Shown one piece after another: positions 12,150-24,937 of a stretch of DNA of 64,000 nt. The notes under the pieces were generated by a model. It worked only from the letters and a program-made list of their open reading frames with translations. It had not been told where the DNA came from and searched no databases. The DNA is from Geosiphon pyriformis uo1 (lineage: Eukaryota; Fungi; Glomeromycota), in assembly GCA_016748015.1 (NCBI GenBank), contig JAAOMT010000096.1, positions 515,087-579,086 on the forward strand. Reading direction: 5' to 3'. The first letter of the stretch is position 1. Every line of letters starts with the position of its first letter. The translations under genes and the position numbers were made by a program.

Positions 12150-15100
12150 TAGAGTTTCAATATTCAGTCTGATTTAGTTCAAATTAAATTAAATCACTAA
12201 ACTAAACCAAACTTAAACAGAAGATTTGGCAAAATTTCAAACTTGAACTTGAACCAGACTTAAAATTATTGAACTTAAACTGAACCCAAACACATGTAAT
12301 AAGTCTGGTTCAAGTTTAGTTTAAAGTTCATGAACATGTTCAGATTCAATTATTAAAAACATTATATTATACTATATTATTATTTAATTTTTTTTTCAAT
12401 AATTTTTGTATTTATAATTAAAAATATTGTGTCATTCTTATAGTTTTAAACACTAAACAAGATCTTATATTTGTAATCATATTCTCATCTGCAGAAAAAG
12501 TGTGTTTAGAAGCAACAAATAATTTCTGAATTGTTAAATAATTATAAATCATACATATAAGATGAAAAAATTGTGTTTAATATACCTAAATATTAAATTA
12601 TTAATAAAATATTAATTTAGATAAATATTTTTTGTAATATATCTTCTACCATGCCATTATATTTATTTCTCTATTGGCCATTTTTTTAAAGATATAACAA
12701 TCAATTTTTTCAAGTTTTTTTTTTTCATCATTGTCAAAGTTTGTCTCTAATATAAATTGTGTAACTAATACTATAGTATTATTAAAATTGCCATTCAACA
12801 AAAAACTGTTATTTAATGTTGATATAATATTCAATGTGTATTCCATTTTAAAAAGAATATACATTCTAAAAATTTATTTATTGTGTAAAAATTGGAAAAT
12901 AAAACTGTTTAAATAAATTAATAACTTATAATTTTTTTATTTTATTAATATTATCATTTGAAAATTCTCTTTTTGTGAAATAATAGAATTTTTTTTTGAA
13001 TACAATACAATACAGAACATTATAGTTGTATTTGTTTTAGAATAATATTCAACCAACTTTTTTTTTGCTGTCTTAGTCACCATAATAAGTAATAGATTTA
13101 ATATTAAATATGTTAAATAAATAACTAAATAAATACAATTGAGAGTATAATGTTTTACCAAATTTATTATTATCAATTGTCTTTGATATAATTATAAATA
13201 ATATTAAAGAAAAAAATATTTAAGAAAACATTATTATTTGAACTGGCTGACATTTTAATCATAATATTCTTAAATAATTCAAAAAATTTAGCAATTTTAT
13301 CAAAGACAATCCACTAATTGTGTAAAATAGCATATTGATAAAAATTAATGTAAATAGTAGTAAGAGTGTTTAATGTTTATAAATTTACAGTTAAAATTTT
13401 TGTATTCAAAATATATAGAATCAGAAATAAATAACTTGCTAATTTAAAAAATAACTTATTTTTGATTATATTATAAGTAAAATTCTACTGGATAGAACAA
13501 TTCAGAATGAGTTTATAATATTTAATTTAACAAGTATTACAGATGTATTTAAAAAGCTCAAAATATTGGAATAAGGTACAAATTGTAGAGTTAAGTTTTT
13601 TAATCTTTAATTTATATAAAGTTTACATTAAAAAAATTTCAAATAAATATATTTAGTTTGGGTTTTTAACAAATATCTTGAAAATATTATTTTTTATTTT
13701 ATTTAAGACTACTTGCACTGTCAAGTTTAAAATATAATCAAAGCATCAAAATTAAAAGTCTTTTAAGTTCTATTAAATGTTTTTTTCTTTTAATTTTCTC
13801 ATTAATTCTTTTATAAAAGTACTATTATTTATGATATTATCAAGAATAATAGCAAAAAGCTATCAAAAAAAATTAAGTTATAACTAATAAAATTAATGAT
13901 AAATTTGTATAAAAAAAAAGTGAATATAGCTTTTTTTAAACTTCTTTTTTAACTTTTTTGGCTGAAAATTTGGCTTATGGCAATAATAAAAACCACTTAA
14001 GCTAATATTAAGAAAATCCAATTTTCAATAATATAAGCACTATGATAACTTTAAATCTCAGATAATATTAATGCTGAAAATTTAGCTTTAACGCAATAAT
14101 AAAAACAAACTTAAGTTAATATTAAGAAAATATAATTTTCAATAATATGAACACTGTAGTAATTTTAAGTCTCAAATAATGCTAATGCTAAAAATTCAGC
14201 TTTGAAACAATGATGAAAACCAATTTAAGTTAATATTAAAAAAACACAATTTTTGATAATATGGATATTATAATAGCTCTGAATCTTAGATAATACTAAT
14301 ATGCTATGTGGTATACCAATCTTATTATTGGCTATTGACTAACCAAATTTATGTAAGAATATATATACATATCTTTAATATAATTTTATAATTTTTTAAT
14401 ACTTTAAAAAATTTATTTGTAATATTTATTCTATTATGTTGTTTACTTATTAATCCAAAATTAATTATTGTTTATTAAAAATCTCAATTATTATTAATAT
14501 AATAAGTGATAATGAAAACAAAAGCTTTGTTATTAAGAAATATTCAGAAATCTAATATAAAAAAATTTTTGAACTTAATAGTATCTAAGTATATCTATTA
14601 TATTATAAATATAGATAAAAAAAAACCATTTTATAATAAAAGTAGTACTTATTCTTAATTTTTGTCTACCTTAAACATAGAGTTCTATAACTTTATTTTT
14701 AATTATATTAGCACAAACAAGTTGAGAAATAGGATTTAAATATTAGAATATTTTGATTAATTTAGAGTCTTTCATTATAAGAAGTAGTTACTGGCAGTTA
14801 ATAAGCCAAATAATAATTATGCCATAAAGTTTTTTATTATTAATATTAATAACAGTTATTACAGAAGACTAGAACAGTTTTCTAGTTAGATTGGTCAAAA
14901 ATTATTAAAAAAATAGCAATCTTATCTGTCAAAATATTTCTTCAATTGATTTACAATTTTTCTGTATATTTTGCCTTTTTTTATGATATTTTTTTATTGT
15001 AATATATACTGCCCAATAGGAAGTCTTAAAATAATGTCATAAGGATTTGGTAGTATCTGTAATTCTATAAGAAAATAATTTATGTACACATTTTAAGACT

Positions 15101-15595
15101 GTATATTTAGCTGTTTTTTTTTCTTTTGTTTATTCAAACTTATTAAAATAATCTTATATTTTACTCTAAAAACTATGTTTACTAAATATATTAATATTTA
15201 GACTATTTAGATTATTAAATTTTGTTATTTTGAATTATGAATCTTCAGTAACATTAAATAATACTAATAATAAATTTATTTTGGTAAGTTAAAAAGTAGA
15301 GTTATTATATATGTATAATTTTATATATTTTTTTAACTAATCATAGTAATTAAATAAAGTAATAATTAATAAACAAGTAGTACAAGTTATATTTTTTTTA
15401 ATTCTATTGAACTTAAACAAATTCATAAACATCAAACCAAACTTGAACTGAACTTAAACTTGTCAAAAAGGTTTAATGCCAAACTTAAATCAAATCTATT
15501 TTAAAAAATTGATTCAGTTCAAGTTCAATTTATAATTTAAACTAAACTTAAACAACACCCAAAGTTCAGTTGAGTTTGATTTAATTAGAATTCTA
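12150..15595 (-). mobile_element. Decayed hAT-superfamily DNA transposon
   Basis: Imperfect TIRs (TAGAGTTTCAAT / ATTAGAATTCTA). 8-bp flanks AAGTAGAT and AAATAAAT differ only by two G-to-A changes. AACT(T)GAAC-like subterminal repeats lie at both ends. The minus strand near 12430-12550 reads YLTIQKLFVASKHTFSADENMITNIRSCL, a decayed hAT dimerisation motif (YLAIPATSxxSERxFS...TxxRxxL). Confidence 0.8.
13961..14302. repeat. About 3 tandem copies of a 112-114 bp unit inside the hAT element
   Basis: Units start with GCT(G/A)AAAATT at 13961, 14073 and 14187 and share TTAAG(C/T)TAATATTAA and CTCA(G/A)ATAAT-like cores. Confidence 0.85.
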
Positions 15596-15649
15596 AAATA
15601 AATATGTATAATATAAATTTATATTTTGTCAATATAAAATACAGTTTTG

Positions 15650-17930
15650 TTAATTTTATAGAATAAATTAGTAAATTGGCTAAGAAATTAAATACATTTG
15701 TGCTAATAATTCGTTAATTTAATTTTAAATATTAGTTATTAATGATTTTTTTATTACAAAATTAAGTGAATAATATAGTAATAAAAAAAAATTTAAATGT
15801 AATCACTAATGACAAAACTGTTTTTGTTTTGGAATTTTTAGCTTTTTTAAATATTGTTAAGTTAAAAAAACAATTAAATAATTTGTCTAAATTAATTATA
15901 AGTTTGATAACAAGATTTAATAATTTGGTTCTAGTTTTAATAATTACTTATTTAAAAAATTGCTATATGCAATATACATAAAATAAATAATTTTATAAAA
16001 CAGAAAAATATTGTTAAATAGTATAAAAAAATAGACAATATAATATTTATAATTATTAAGACAAAATTTAAAAAAAAGTATATTTATAAATTATTAATAA
16101 GTTTAATAATATTAAAATTTATATTTTTGGTTTGAATTTTGGTTATTTGAGTATTGGTATTATTATTATTATAAAAAATTATTTGGCAAAACATTTTTGC
16201 AAAATTATTGATTTTTTTAATTAAATTACTCTTTAAAAACAAACTTTTAATTAATTTTATGCTAATATAATTATAATTACATATTTTTTTTAAGCTAAAA
16301 ATATTAATATATTGATTGCCAAAACTATTAATAAATTTTTTTTTGTGGTTTTAAATAATAATTTTAATAAAAATAGATCTTATAAAAATATTAGTTTTAA
16401 AAAATACTTAAATATAAATCTGGTCAATTCTTTAATAAATAGTATATTTACTAAAATTTCTATATGAAAAATTTTAGAAGTTAAAAAAAAATAATTAATT
16501 ATATTTTGGTTTTTACAGATTTTAGTAATAGAATAGTATATAAAAGTATAAAAAATATTACAAATTTCTTTAATATTGATTATTAAACAGTTTTTGTTTT
16601 TATTGGTCTAAATAGATTTTTAGATATATAGCTAAATTTTGTTTACAAACAGACAAACAAAAATAGATAAAAATTTAATATAAAAAATATAAATAATGCT
16701 AAGTAGTTTTGTTTTAAGGATATTATTAAAACCAATTTTGTTTTGTTTTATGTTAATTTTGTTATTTTAAAAAATTTTTCAGATTTGGATATTTTATAAG
16801 ATATAATTTGTAAAATAATATGTTTTTCTATAAATAAAATTTCTTTTAAAGTTTAACATAAAAAATATGATAATATTTTTTTTAAGCTGTTATTTAAATT
16901 ATACAAGTTGGAAATTTTTATGTTAAAAATTATTAAGACATTACAATCTATACCAAATATTAATTTTGTATTATTAATAGATAGTTAAAAGTTTTTTAAT
17001 ACTAAAAAAGCTTTAAGTATTCAGATTTTATTTTAATTTTAATATTATTTATTTTAAGCTTTGTAGTATTAAAAAGTTATATTATATGATTAAGCTTTTA
17101 AAGTCTTAAAAATAAAAAAATAAAATATTAGAATAGCTATTAACAAATACATAGAAAATTTTACAACAAATAAAAATATTTTAGAATACTTATTTCATTA
17201 AATAGGTTTTAACTACTTAGTTGTAAATAATAAGCTGCTTTTAGTTTTTAAAAATATTAAATTTAAGATAAATAATTTTATAGAAAGTTAAACTTAAAGA
17301 AAATCTGTCTTGAATTATATTTTTAACTTATAATAATATTAATATCTATTTTTAGACCATGTAAATAATAATGTTTTTTTTTGAAGTTATAAATATAATA
17401 AGTTTTGAAAAAATATTGAATAAATTAATAAGCTTTTTAATAACAAAACTGTTAATCTGTTTGATATTTTAAACAAGCTTTAAAAGCATTGTAACAATTT
17501 AATTTTGCACATGTTTTTAACTCTGTTTAATGTTTGTTTATTGCATAAATTAGGTTTTAAATCATAAAAAAAAGCTTAAGTATTAATAATTCTTAAATTT
17601 TATAAATAAAATAATGTTTTTATAAACATTTATTCTATTGTTTTAATTAAAACTGCTTAGAAAATTTTTTCTAAAATTTTTTTAAACAAAATTTTTTTAA
17701 TAAATAATAAGTTTAATAAACTTTAAAGTAATAATTTTTTAGTACTTAAAAACACATTAACAAAATTTTCTGTTTTTGCTATTGGCTTTATAATAAAAAA
17801 TGCTTTAAAAAAACCACAAACTTTGATTGGTTCTGTAAAACATAAAAAAAGGTTATAACTTTTTTAGATAATATTATTTAAAAAACAGTCTGTTTTAATA
17901 TTATTAGCAAAAATTTGATATATTATTTAG
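15650..17930 (+). mobile_element. Heavily decayed LINE (end of ORF1, endonuclease, start of RT)
   Basis: Colinear with 7670-8260 and with the reverse complements of 45500-47400 and 59700-61900; many stop codons. Confidence 0.7.
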
Positions 17931-18040
17931 CATAAAATTATTTTTATAATTCTTATTATTAATTAACATATATTATTATTTTAATTTATTATTTATTATT
18001 TTATTAAATTAAACAAATTAAATTTTTGTCTCTTCATTTT

Positions 18041-19490
18041 ATGAACATAACTAAAGCAAAGAATAAAAAAGCTGCACTTAATATTTTCTCTGAAATATCT
18101 AATAAAATTTTAACCAAAGGAGCTCTTTTTGTAGTAAAAACAACTAGACAGAATGTTTTAGAAGCCTTTTTTTTATCTGATAATTATGAAAAGCTGCCTT
18201 TAATAGTTATTAAAGCAATTTTTTTATCTTTGGCTAGTTTTTTATCAGTTAAAGTTCTCTCAAAAAGACATTTGAATTAGTTCCAGTGTTGCCTCCACTC
18301 TTACTAAAAGCCCAAAAATGTTTAATAATAGACCAGTTAACAAGTTGGTATTCTTTTCTATAGCTTCAACATCTAGTGCTACTAGTACCACCTTTTTAAA
18401 AAAAATGGTCAAAAAAACCAAAAGTTTAGAAAAGTGGGAACAGTCACTTGTCTCTGCTATTGTTACACCAAACTCTTTTGTGATTCCAACTGAGATCTTA
18501 AGTAAGATCTTTGCTATATTATCTAGCACATCATCTAAGATAGGCCAAGATTAATTACTGGCTATATTGCCAAATGTGGTGTCTTTCAGCAAATTTTTGC
18601 TAATTCTAAAAGCAAAACAATTATTTTCTGTTGGATTATCTGTTCTTAGAAACTAGGCTGATCAAATAAAAACTGAATTATCCCCTTTGGTTTCTGGTGC
18701 TGCCACTAGTAGTGCTTGGGAAATTATTACTAGTCATTAAAGATTTGCTGAGTGGATGGTCTTCTCTCCAATATCTGGTGCTACTTTTAAAATCAAATTG
18801 GCTCATGTTAGGGCTGTTTTTTAGTCTGTATATGGTTTTTTGGGTGCAAAATCTGTTTCTAAGAACAATTTAAAGCTCTTTTATGTGAAGTTTGCTTCTC
18901 AAAGTTCTTTAGATGCTGTATTTTTGGTTGAGCTTACAAGCTTTGTTTACTTTGTCACTTTCAAAATTGTCAAGTTTCTGGTGGTTTCTGAATTTAATTC
19001 CTTTCTTGCTGCTATTGCACTGTGTGATGTGTTTTTGAGTGTGTCTGTTATTGACATTAAGACAGCTTTTGGTGTGTTTGGTAATATTACTTATGTTGTG
19101 CTGAAACCTGTTAGCATTTGGCAATATGTAGTTGTTTATTTTAAAAATTTGAATTCTGCTATATTTGCTTTAAATTATTAGTTAGTTTTGGTGGGCAAAA
19201 ATAGTGTTAGAATTTTCTCTTTGGTAAATCAGAATGAAACTATTTTGTCTTGTAATAGATTTAAAACCAAGTTGGTTAATCTCCTCTCTGGCTATATAGC
19301 TTTCAAAATTAGTGATATAATTTCTCAAGTTGGTAGTTAGACATGTTTTATTCCCCATTTTTCTAAATCTGGTCATTGTTCTTAATCTGTCTTGGTTACA
19401 TTTGGTTCTCAAATTGATTTGGATACTGTAGTACTAAAAACTAGTACACTAAAAAAATGCTATATTTGGTGAGAAATCTCTGGTTGCTGG
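18041..19490 (+). mobile_element. LINE family L-B ORF1, decayed and truncated by an LTR at its zinc knuckle
   Basis: ORF fragments 18026-18280, 18318-18554 and 18840-19181 (RRM-like IKTAFGVFGNITYVVLKP...QYVVVYF). Paralogous to 36350-38450. Confidence 0.75.
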
Positions 19491-21682
19491 TGTTACTCAT
19501 AAAGAAAACATATAAAAAAAAACAATAAAAAAACAGATAGACTAATAGGAGAGTAGTAGTTAGTACATGAGCACATTGCTCAACAATGTGGAGAAATGTT
19601 AAAAAATTAAGACACATTGCTTAAGAAATTATAGCACATTACTTGGGAATGTAAACAATCTTATAGAATCTAAATTATATATATATAGCAAGAGCATTAG
19701 AAGCAAAAAAGACAGAACAATTACCAAGACTTTTTAGTTTTGAACTTTTCTTCCTATCTATTCACTAATTACTTCATAGATAGTTCATATCTATTAAAGT
19801 AAAATCATCAAAAATATTAATAAAATACTTATATATAACCAATTTATATTGCTATCATTTGATTAAGAAACATTTATTAAAACTTTAACTATTAACACTT
19901 TATGTTGATAATTGCTGATATTTAACTATGCTGGAACAATAGCTCTTGATCACAGTTATTAACAAAATACTAACTTCTATTGTTTTGGCTTATTCTCTTT
20001 ATTTTTTTTATTTTTTTTATTTCTTTTTATTGTTGTTTACTAATTGATTAAGAATTAAGCATTGAGTTATTAACATCTCAGATAGTCTGGTAAAAAACCC
20101 AAATAGAAGAGTACAGAATAGTAATTGGATAGCTTACCAGAAAGGCATGACTGCTAAAATAAACTGGCCACTAAGCTAAAGAAAAAAATTAGGAAACCCA
20201 GCACCAAAAAATTACACACCATTGAATCTCTGTTCATTATACAAAAGATTCAACCAAAACCTTCAGATTGTAAAACCTTTAGATAGTACTATTAATTACA
20301 GCCCTTGAGCACCAAGTTACGAGTTTGTTATTTGATTTGAGACTCCAAATAATTACTTGTAATATTTGGTGCTTCCTATAAGGTTTAATCCAACAGAGAA
20401 TCAGCACCAACAGCAATCATCTAAAACAGTAGCAGAATTTGAAGAAACAGAGACAAACCATTTGAAATTTGCAAAATTCTTATTTCAACATTATCACATC
20501 CATCTTGATTAACAAATAGTAATTGGCCAACAAAATTAGCTTTCAATTGTTATGTTAATAAAAAAATTGCATACTACTTGAGAGGTCAAAAAGATTCAGA
20601 ATTCGCTTTCAACAATTTCTTCAGTAAACTACTCCAAAGCATTACTCTTTCACAAAACTATTTATTTGTACCTCTAATCACAGAAATAAACAGGAAAATT
20701 GAAAAATACACCAAGCAAAAATTTTCTATTACTTTTGCTGACAAAGGAAAAGGAAGATTACAAACACTTATAAAAACCCCAAAGCAAATTCAACTATCTA
20801 CTTGAAAGAAACAAAGATTTGATTCACTTGCTAATCCATTATATTATCACATACCTGGAAGCACTATCAATATAATAAACATATCTATAGCAAGTGTAAC
20901 AACACTACTAAACAGAATTGCATTTCAAAGTAAATAGAAAAAAACAGAGTTATTAAAAACATATGGCGATTATTTTGAGAGATTTAAATTGTGATCTCTA
21001 ATACTATCAGGAGTTCAATTACCATTATCACTACCAGATTTTGAAGCCACCAGTCCTTGGAAATTAACCAACTCCAAGGAAAAAAATAGCAATCAGGAAA
21101 ATAATACTAAAAATCTGATCTCAGAAAACCCAAAAATCCAAAACCCAAGTGTTCTAATTTTACAATTTGAACTCTGACATTATTAATCAGCAAAACTTAC
21201 CTTCAGCAATTGTGATTAATCCACTACCAATTACTGTACTACCACCACAACCTCAGCCACAATTTTAGCAACAACTACTTTAACAACCATTTCAACAACT
21301 ATTAATCACACTAATAGTCTATGCACCAATTACCAAGCTAGAAAAATTCACTAGTGAAGAAGATAACACCCAAGTTTGGCTCAATGACATAGCCAAAGCA
21401 ATAATTGCCAACAATTGGGATAACATTAGAGCAATACAAGCCATCCCATATTTTCTGCAAGATATTGCTGATTTTTGGTACCAAAATCTTGTAAACAAAT
21501 CCCAAGATTTTAATTTCACTACTATCAAGCAAAAAAACACTGAAGCAGTCACAACTTACTTGGAACACTTCCACTGAAATTTGCATTAAATTCAGACCAT
21601 TGATGCAAACTACTTTACAATATTCCAGATTTTGAATTAGTTTATTCACAGGTTGCACAGCAGCCTATTACAATACATATGC
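19491..21682 (+). mobile_element. Truncated Ty3/gypsy family A element: 5' LTR 19491-20364, PBS about 20367-20383, partial gag
   Basis: The LTR starts TGTTAC and is followed by TTTGGTGCTTCC (PBS). The Gag remnant reads YAPITKLEKFTSEEDNTQVWLND...ANNWD..RAIQAIPYFLQD. Confidence 0.85.
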
Positions 21683-22653
21683 TGTTACCAGAGGTTTTTG
21701 GTCTCTTTTTTTGCATGTTGTTAATGTTTGTCTGTTGCTAGTTTCACATTTTCTGGAAGCAATTAAACCTCCAATAACTGAATTTCTTTTCAAATTATCT
21801 CCTATAATTTAAACCACTGGACTTATAGGTGGAATGGCCAATTCCATGCCAGTTACTTTGTATAATTACATTGTAGTAAACATCAACTTTTTTCCAGAAA
21901 TTGCTTGTCTGAAAGCTTACTAAAAATGTGTAGTTACTTTGTTGTAAAAATCAACTCTTCTACAGGAATTTTGTCTGTAGACTACCCTAATAATTATAAT
22001 AAAAAAAGTAAAAAAAAATAAAAAAAATGTAAAAAAAATATAATTGTGTTAAGGAAAACGTTTTTTATTCAGGTCTGGAGTTACTAACAAATTACTGAAA
22101 TTAGTAGTTAATTAATTTTAAAATGTTAGTTTGTGTTAAGAAAATTTCAAGTGTAATAATCAAAGAATTTGGTTTTTGAATATTTAATTTTTATTTAAAA
22201 TATGTAAAAAGTGATTTGTTCTAATTAAGGTATCTAAAGTAAGATACTATGGTAAAATATTAAAAGATACATTTTCTTAAAGAAAAAAGCTCTTCTTTTA
22301 TACAACTTGTTGTAGTACTAGTCTTTGAACTTGCACTTTTCTCTTTGCTATAATTTTGGTGAACTAAAGATATATTTTGGCAAACTACAAGTTATTTTAC
22401 TGAACTATTGATTATTTCGGCCAATTTTTATTAATTTCGGCGAATTTTGACTATATTATATGGTTCAGGATATTGTGTAATTTGATCATCTTAATTTTTA
22501 TGATACAAATTGAATTATTGATTGAGTAATAATATTTGATAATTTGATTAAAATAATAAGTGATAATTGAAATGGTAATAATATATGTTAATTAATAATA
22601 AAAATTATAAAGATAATTTTATGCTAATTATAGCTAAAATTCTATTGGTAACA
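21683..22653 (-). repeat. 3' LTR of element B
   Basis: Near-identical to 30594-31542 and to the reverse complement of 48809-49781. Confidence 0.92.
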
Positions 22654-23340
22654 TAATTTCCTCCTCAAGATTGAGCTCCGTTAAAGTCCAAGCACTATCT
22701 GTAATGTCAAGATAGTGGTTCAAAATAATTGAGGTGATTTTGTCTGAAAATTGTTGAAATTTCAGTTCTATGAGCTTTCCAATATATTGAATTTTCATTG
22801 AATAAAGTATTAAATTTTGTAGAATGTTTTCACAAGTGTTGAATAAATTATAAAATCTGAATGCTGCTCTAAGTTTGTAGTGAATGTTTGTTAATCCAGC
22901 TGCTGTCTTAAATTCATTGTGAATTTGTTTTTGTATAGTTTTAGAGGTGATGTTGATTGCTTCAATTTCCAGTTTTTGTTCATAAAGTGTTTTTCCAATA
23001 TGAAAATATCTATGTATAAAGGTATGTTCATTGTTTTGTTTATTAAGGAATAGTAGAAGTTTTTGTTGAATTGTGGCATTTGGTGAAATATCAATAGAGG
23101 CAAATAAAAGGTTTTCTTTTAGTGTTTGCTTCAAAAGTTTTGGTAATTGATTTTCAGAATAACTTCTTGTTTTTCTTCTATAAAGATAATAATTCTAAGA
23201 ATTATTTACTACTGGAACTGTGGTTTTTTTCTAAATGTAATTAATTTGACTTCCATTAATCATTATAGATAAGTCAGAGAGTGTTTTTAAAGCTAACATT
23301 AATTTTTGGGATATTTGTTGGATATTTTGGAGAATAATCA
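22634..23340 (-). pseudogene. Accessory ORF3 of element B (166-aa open part 22634-23134, broken N-terminal extension); function unknown
   Basis: Lies downstream of integrase and reads through the PPT into the 3' LTR. Resembles ORF 50896-51363 of element C. Confidence 0.7.
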
Positions 23341-23589
23341 TGATAAAAATGACTAACTAATAAAAAAATAAAAAAAATTATTTTTCGGTGTAAGGTTTTT
23401 ATTTGTTTTTGGGTTTGGGTGTTTCTTGTAATTATTTACTATTTTTGGTTTTCTGTTTTTGTGTGTTATTAAAAAAATTATTGTAAAAATATGTTGAATT
23501 AAGTGTTTAAGTTTGGTTGTTGTTTTATTATAATTAATGGTTCTAAATTTCAGAGAATATCTTCAGAATTAATTAAAGGGAAATGTATA

Positions 23590-24880
23590 TCAATTTGTGA
23601 AATTAATGGTTTAAGATTGTTTCTGGAATAATAGTGTTTCAATTGATTGCCATGTGCAACTTTTGCTAGTATTTTGTCATCAAGTTTTAACTTGTATGAT
23701 TCATTGCCTAGAATTTCGTGAATATAAAATGGTCTATCTCATTTATGTTCAAATTTTCTATTCCATTGTTTTTCAGCCTTAGTTTTGTGTAAGAAAACTT
23801 TATTTCCAACTTTAAATTTGTTGATAACTGGTGGCAGTTTGTTGTCATGTCTTTTTTTTTGTAAGGCTTGAGAGTATTCAATATAAGTGGCTGCTATGTG
23901 TCTTTTTTCTTCCAATGTACTAAGGAGAGTGTAGACTCTTCTTTGGAGTGTTTCTTGAAAGTTTTTTTTATTGATTGGTTGTACTAAGTATGTTTTTACT
24001 GTGAAATTAATTGGTAATGTTGCTGTCTTTCCATAAGTAAAATCAAATAGTGTTTCATAGTATCTTGTTTTAGTGTTCTGTATGCTAGTAATACTAATAG
24101 AATAAAGATATCTCATTTCTGCTCAAAATCTATTGATACTTTGGCTAAAGATTCATATAATGTTCTGTTAAAACATTCTACAAGTCCATTTGTTTGAGGG
24201 TAATAAGATAATAATAGAGGTTTTTTGATATTAAATTGTTTACAAATTTTTTGTATCAAGTTGTTTACAAAATGTGTTCTTTGATCAGATAAAAGTTCAA
24301 TTAGATATCTATGTCTACAAATAATGTCTTTATATATAAAATTTGCTACTGATTTTGCATCTGCTTTTTGAATGATTCTAGCTTCAGGCCATTTGGTAAG
24401 ATAATCTACTACAATTGCAATATAAAAATTTTCTTGGGTTGTGATAGGTAATGGTCCGACTAAATTAATTCCAACTTTGTTAAAAGATTGTCCAACTTTG
24501 ATTGGATTTAAAGGTTTTGTGGGGTGAGTTTCTCTTCTTTTTTAACAACTATTACAAGATTCTACATATTGTCAAATGTTTTTTTGTATGTGAAACCAAA
24601 AGTAATGTTTAAGAGTTTTTTAAATTGTTCTATTTCTTTCCAAGTGTGCTGAAGAAGGATCTGTGTATATGTTGTATAGAATTGTTTTCTTTTTATTTTC
24701 TTGTATTAATCTAAGTGATTGGTTTGGGTTTTTGTAATTTTTGTAATAGATTTTGTTATAATGTATAAAATATTGTTTGGATTGGTATTGTAATTAATGT
24801 TTTTTACTTGAAGACCAATTTTCTGACATGGTAAAAGTCTCCAAATAGTTTTTGATGTTGTTGTAATTTCTGGGATCTAT
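23590..24880 (-). pseudogene. Integrase of element B
   Basis: HHCC remnant (TDPSSAHL), core GINLVGPLP...VDYLTKWPEA...SDQRTHF, and C-terminal GPF-like region (ORF 23739-24116). Confidence 0.85.
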
Positions 24881-24937
24881 TGTTGTTTGGTTATTTTTGT
24901 TAATAATTGGTAAGTTGTAGTGAAATTGTTGTTGGTA

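Noticed and set aside
13961-14302. Repeat array considered as CRISPR-like (also 57770-57900 and 32330-32445)
   Set aside because: Contiguous tandem units with no unique spacers, no cas genes and a eukaryotic transposon context.
22634-23134. ORF3 as a retroviral envelope gene
   Set aside because: No signal peptide, furin site, fusion peptide or transmembrane anchor, and too short.
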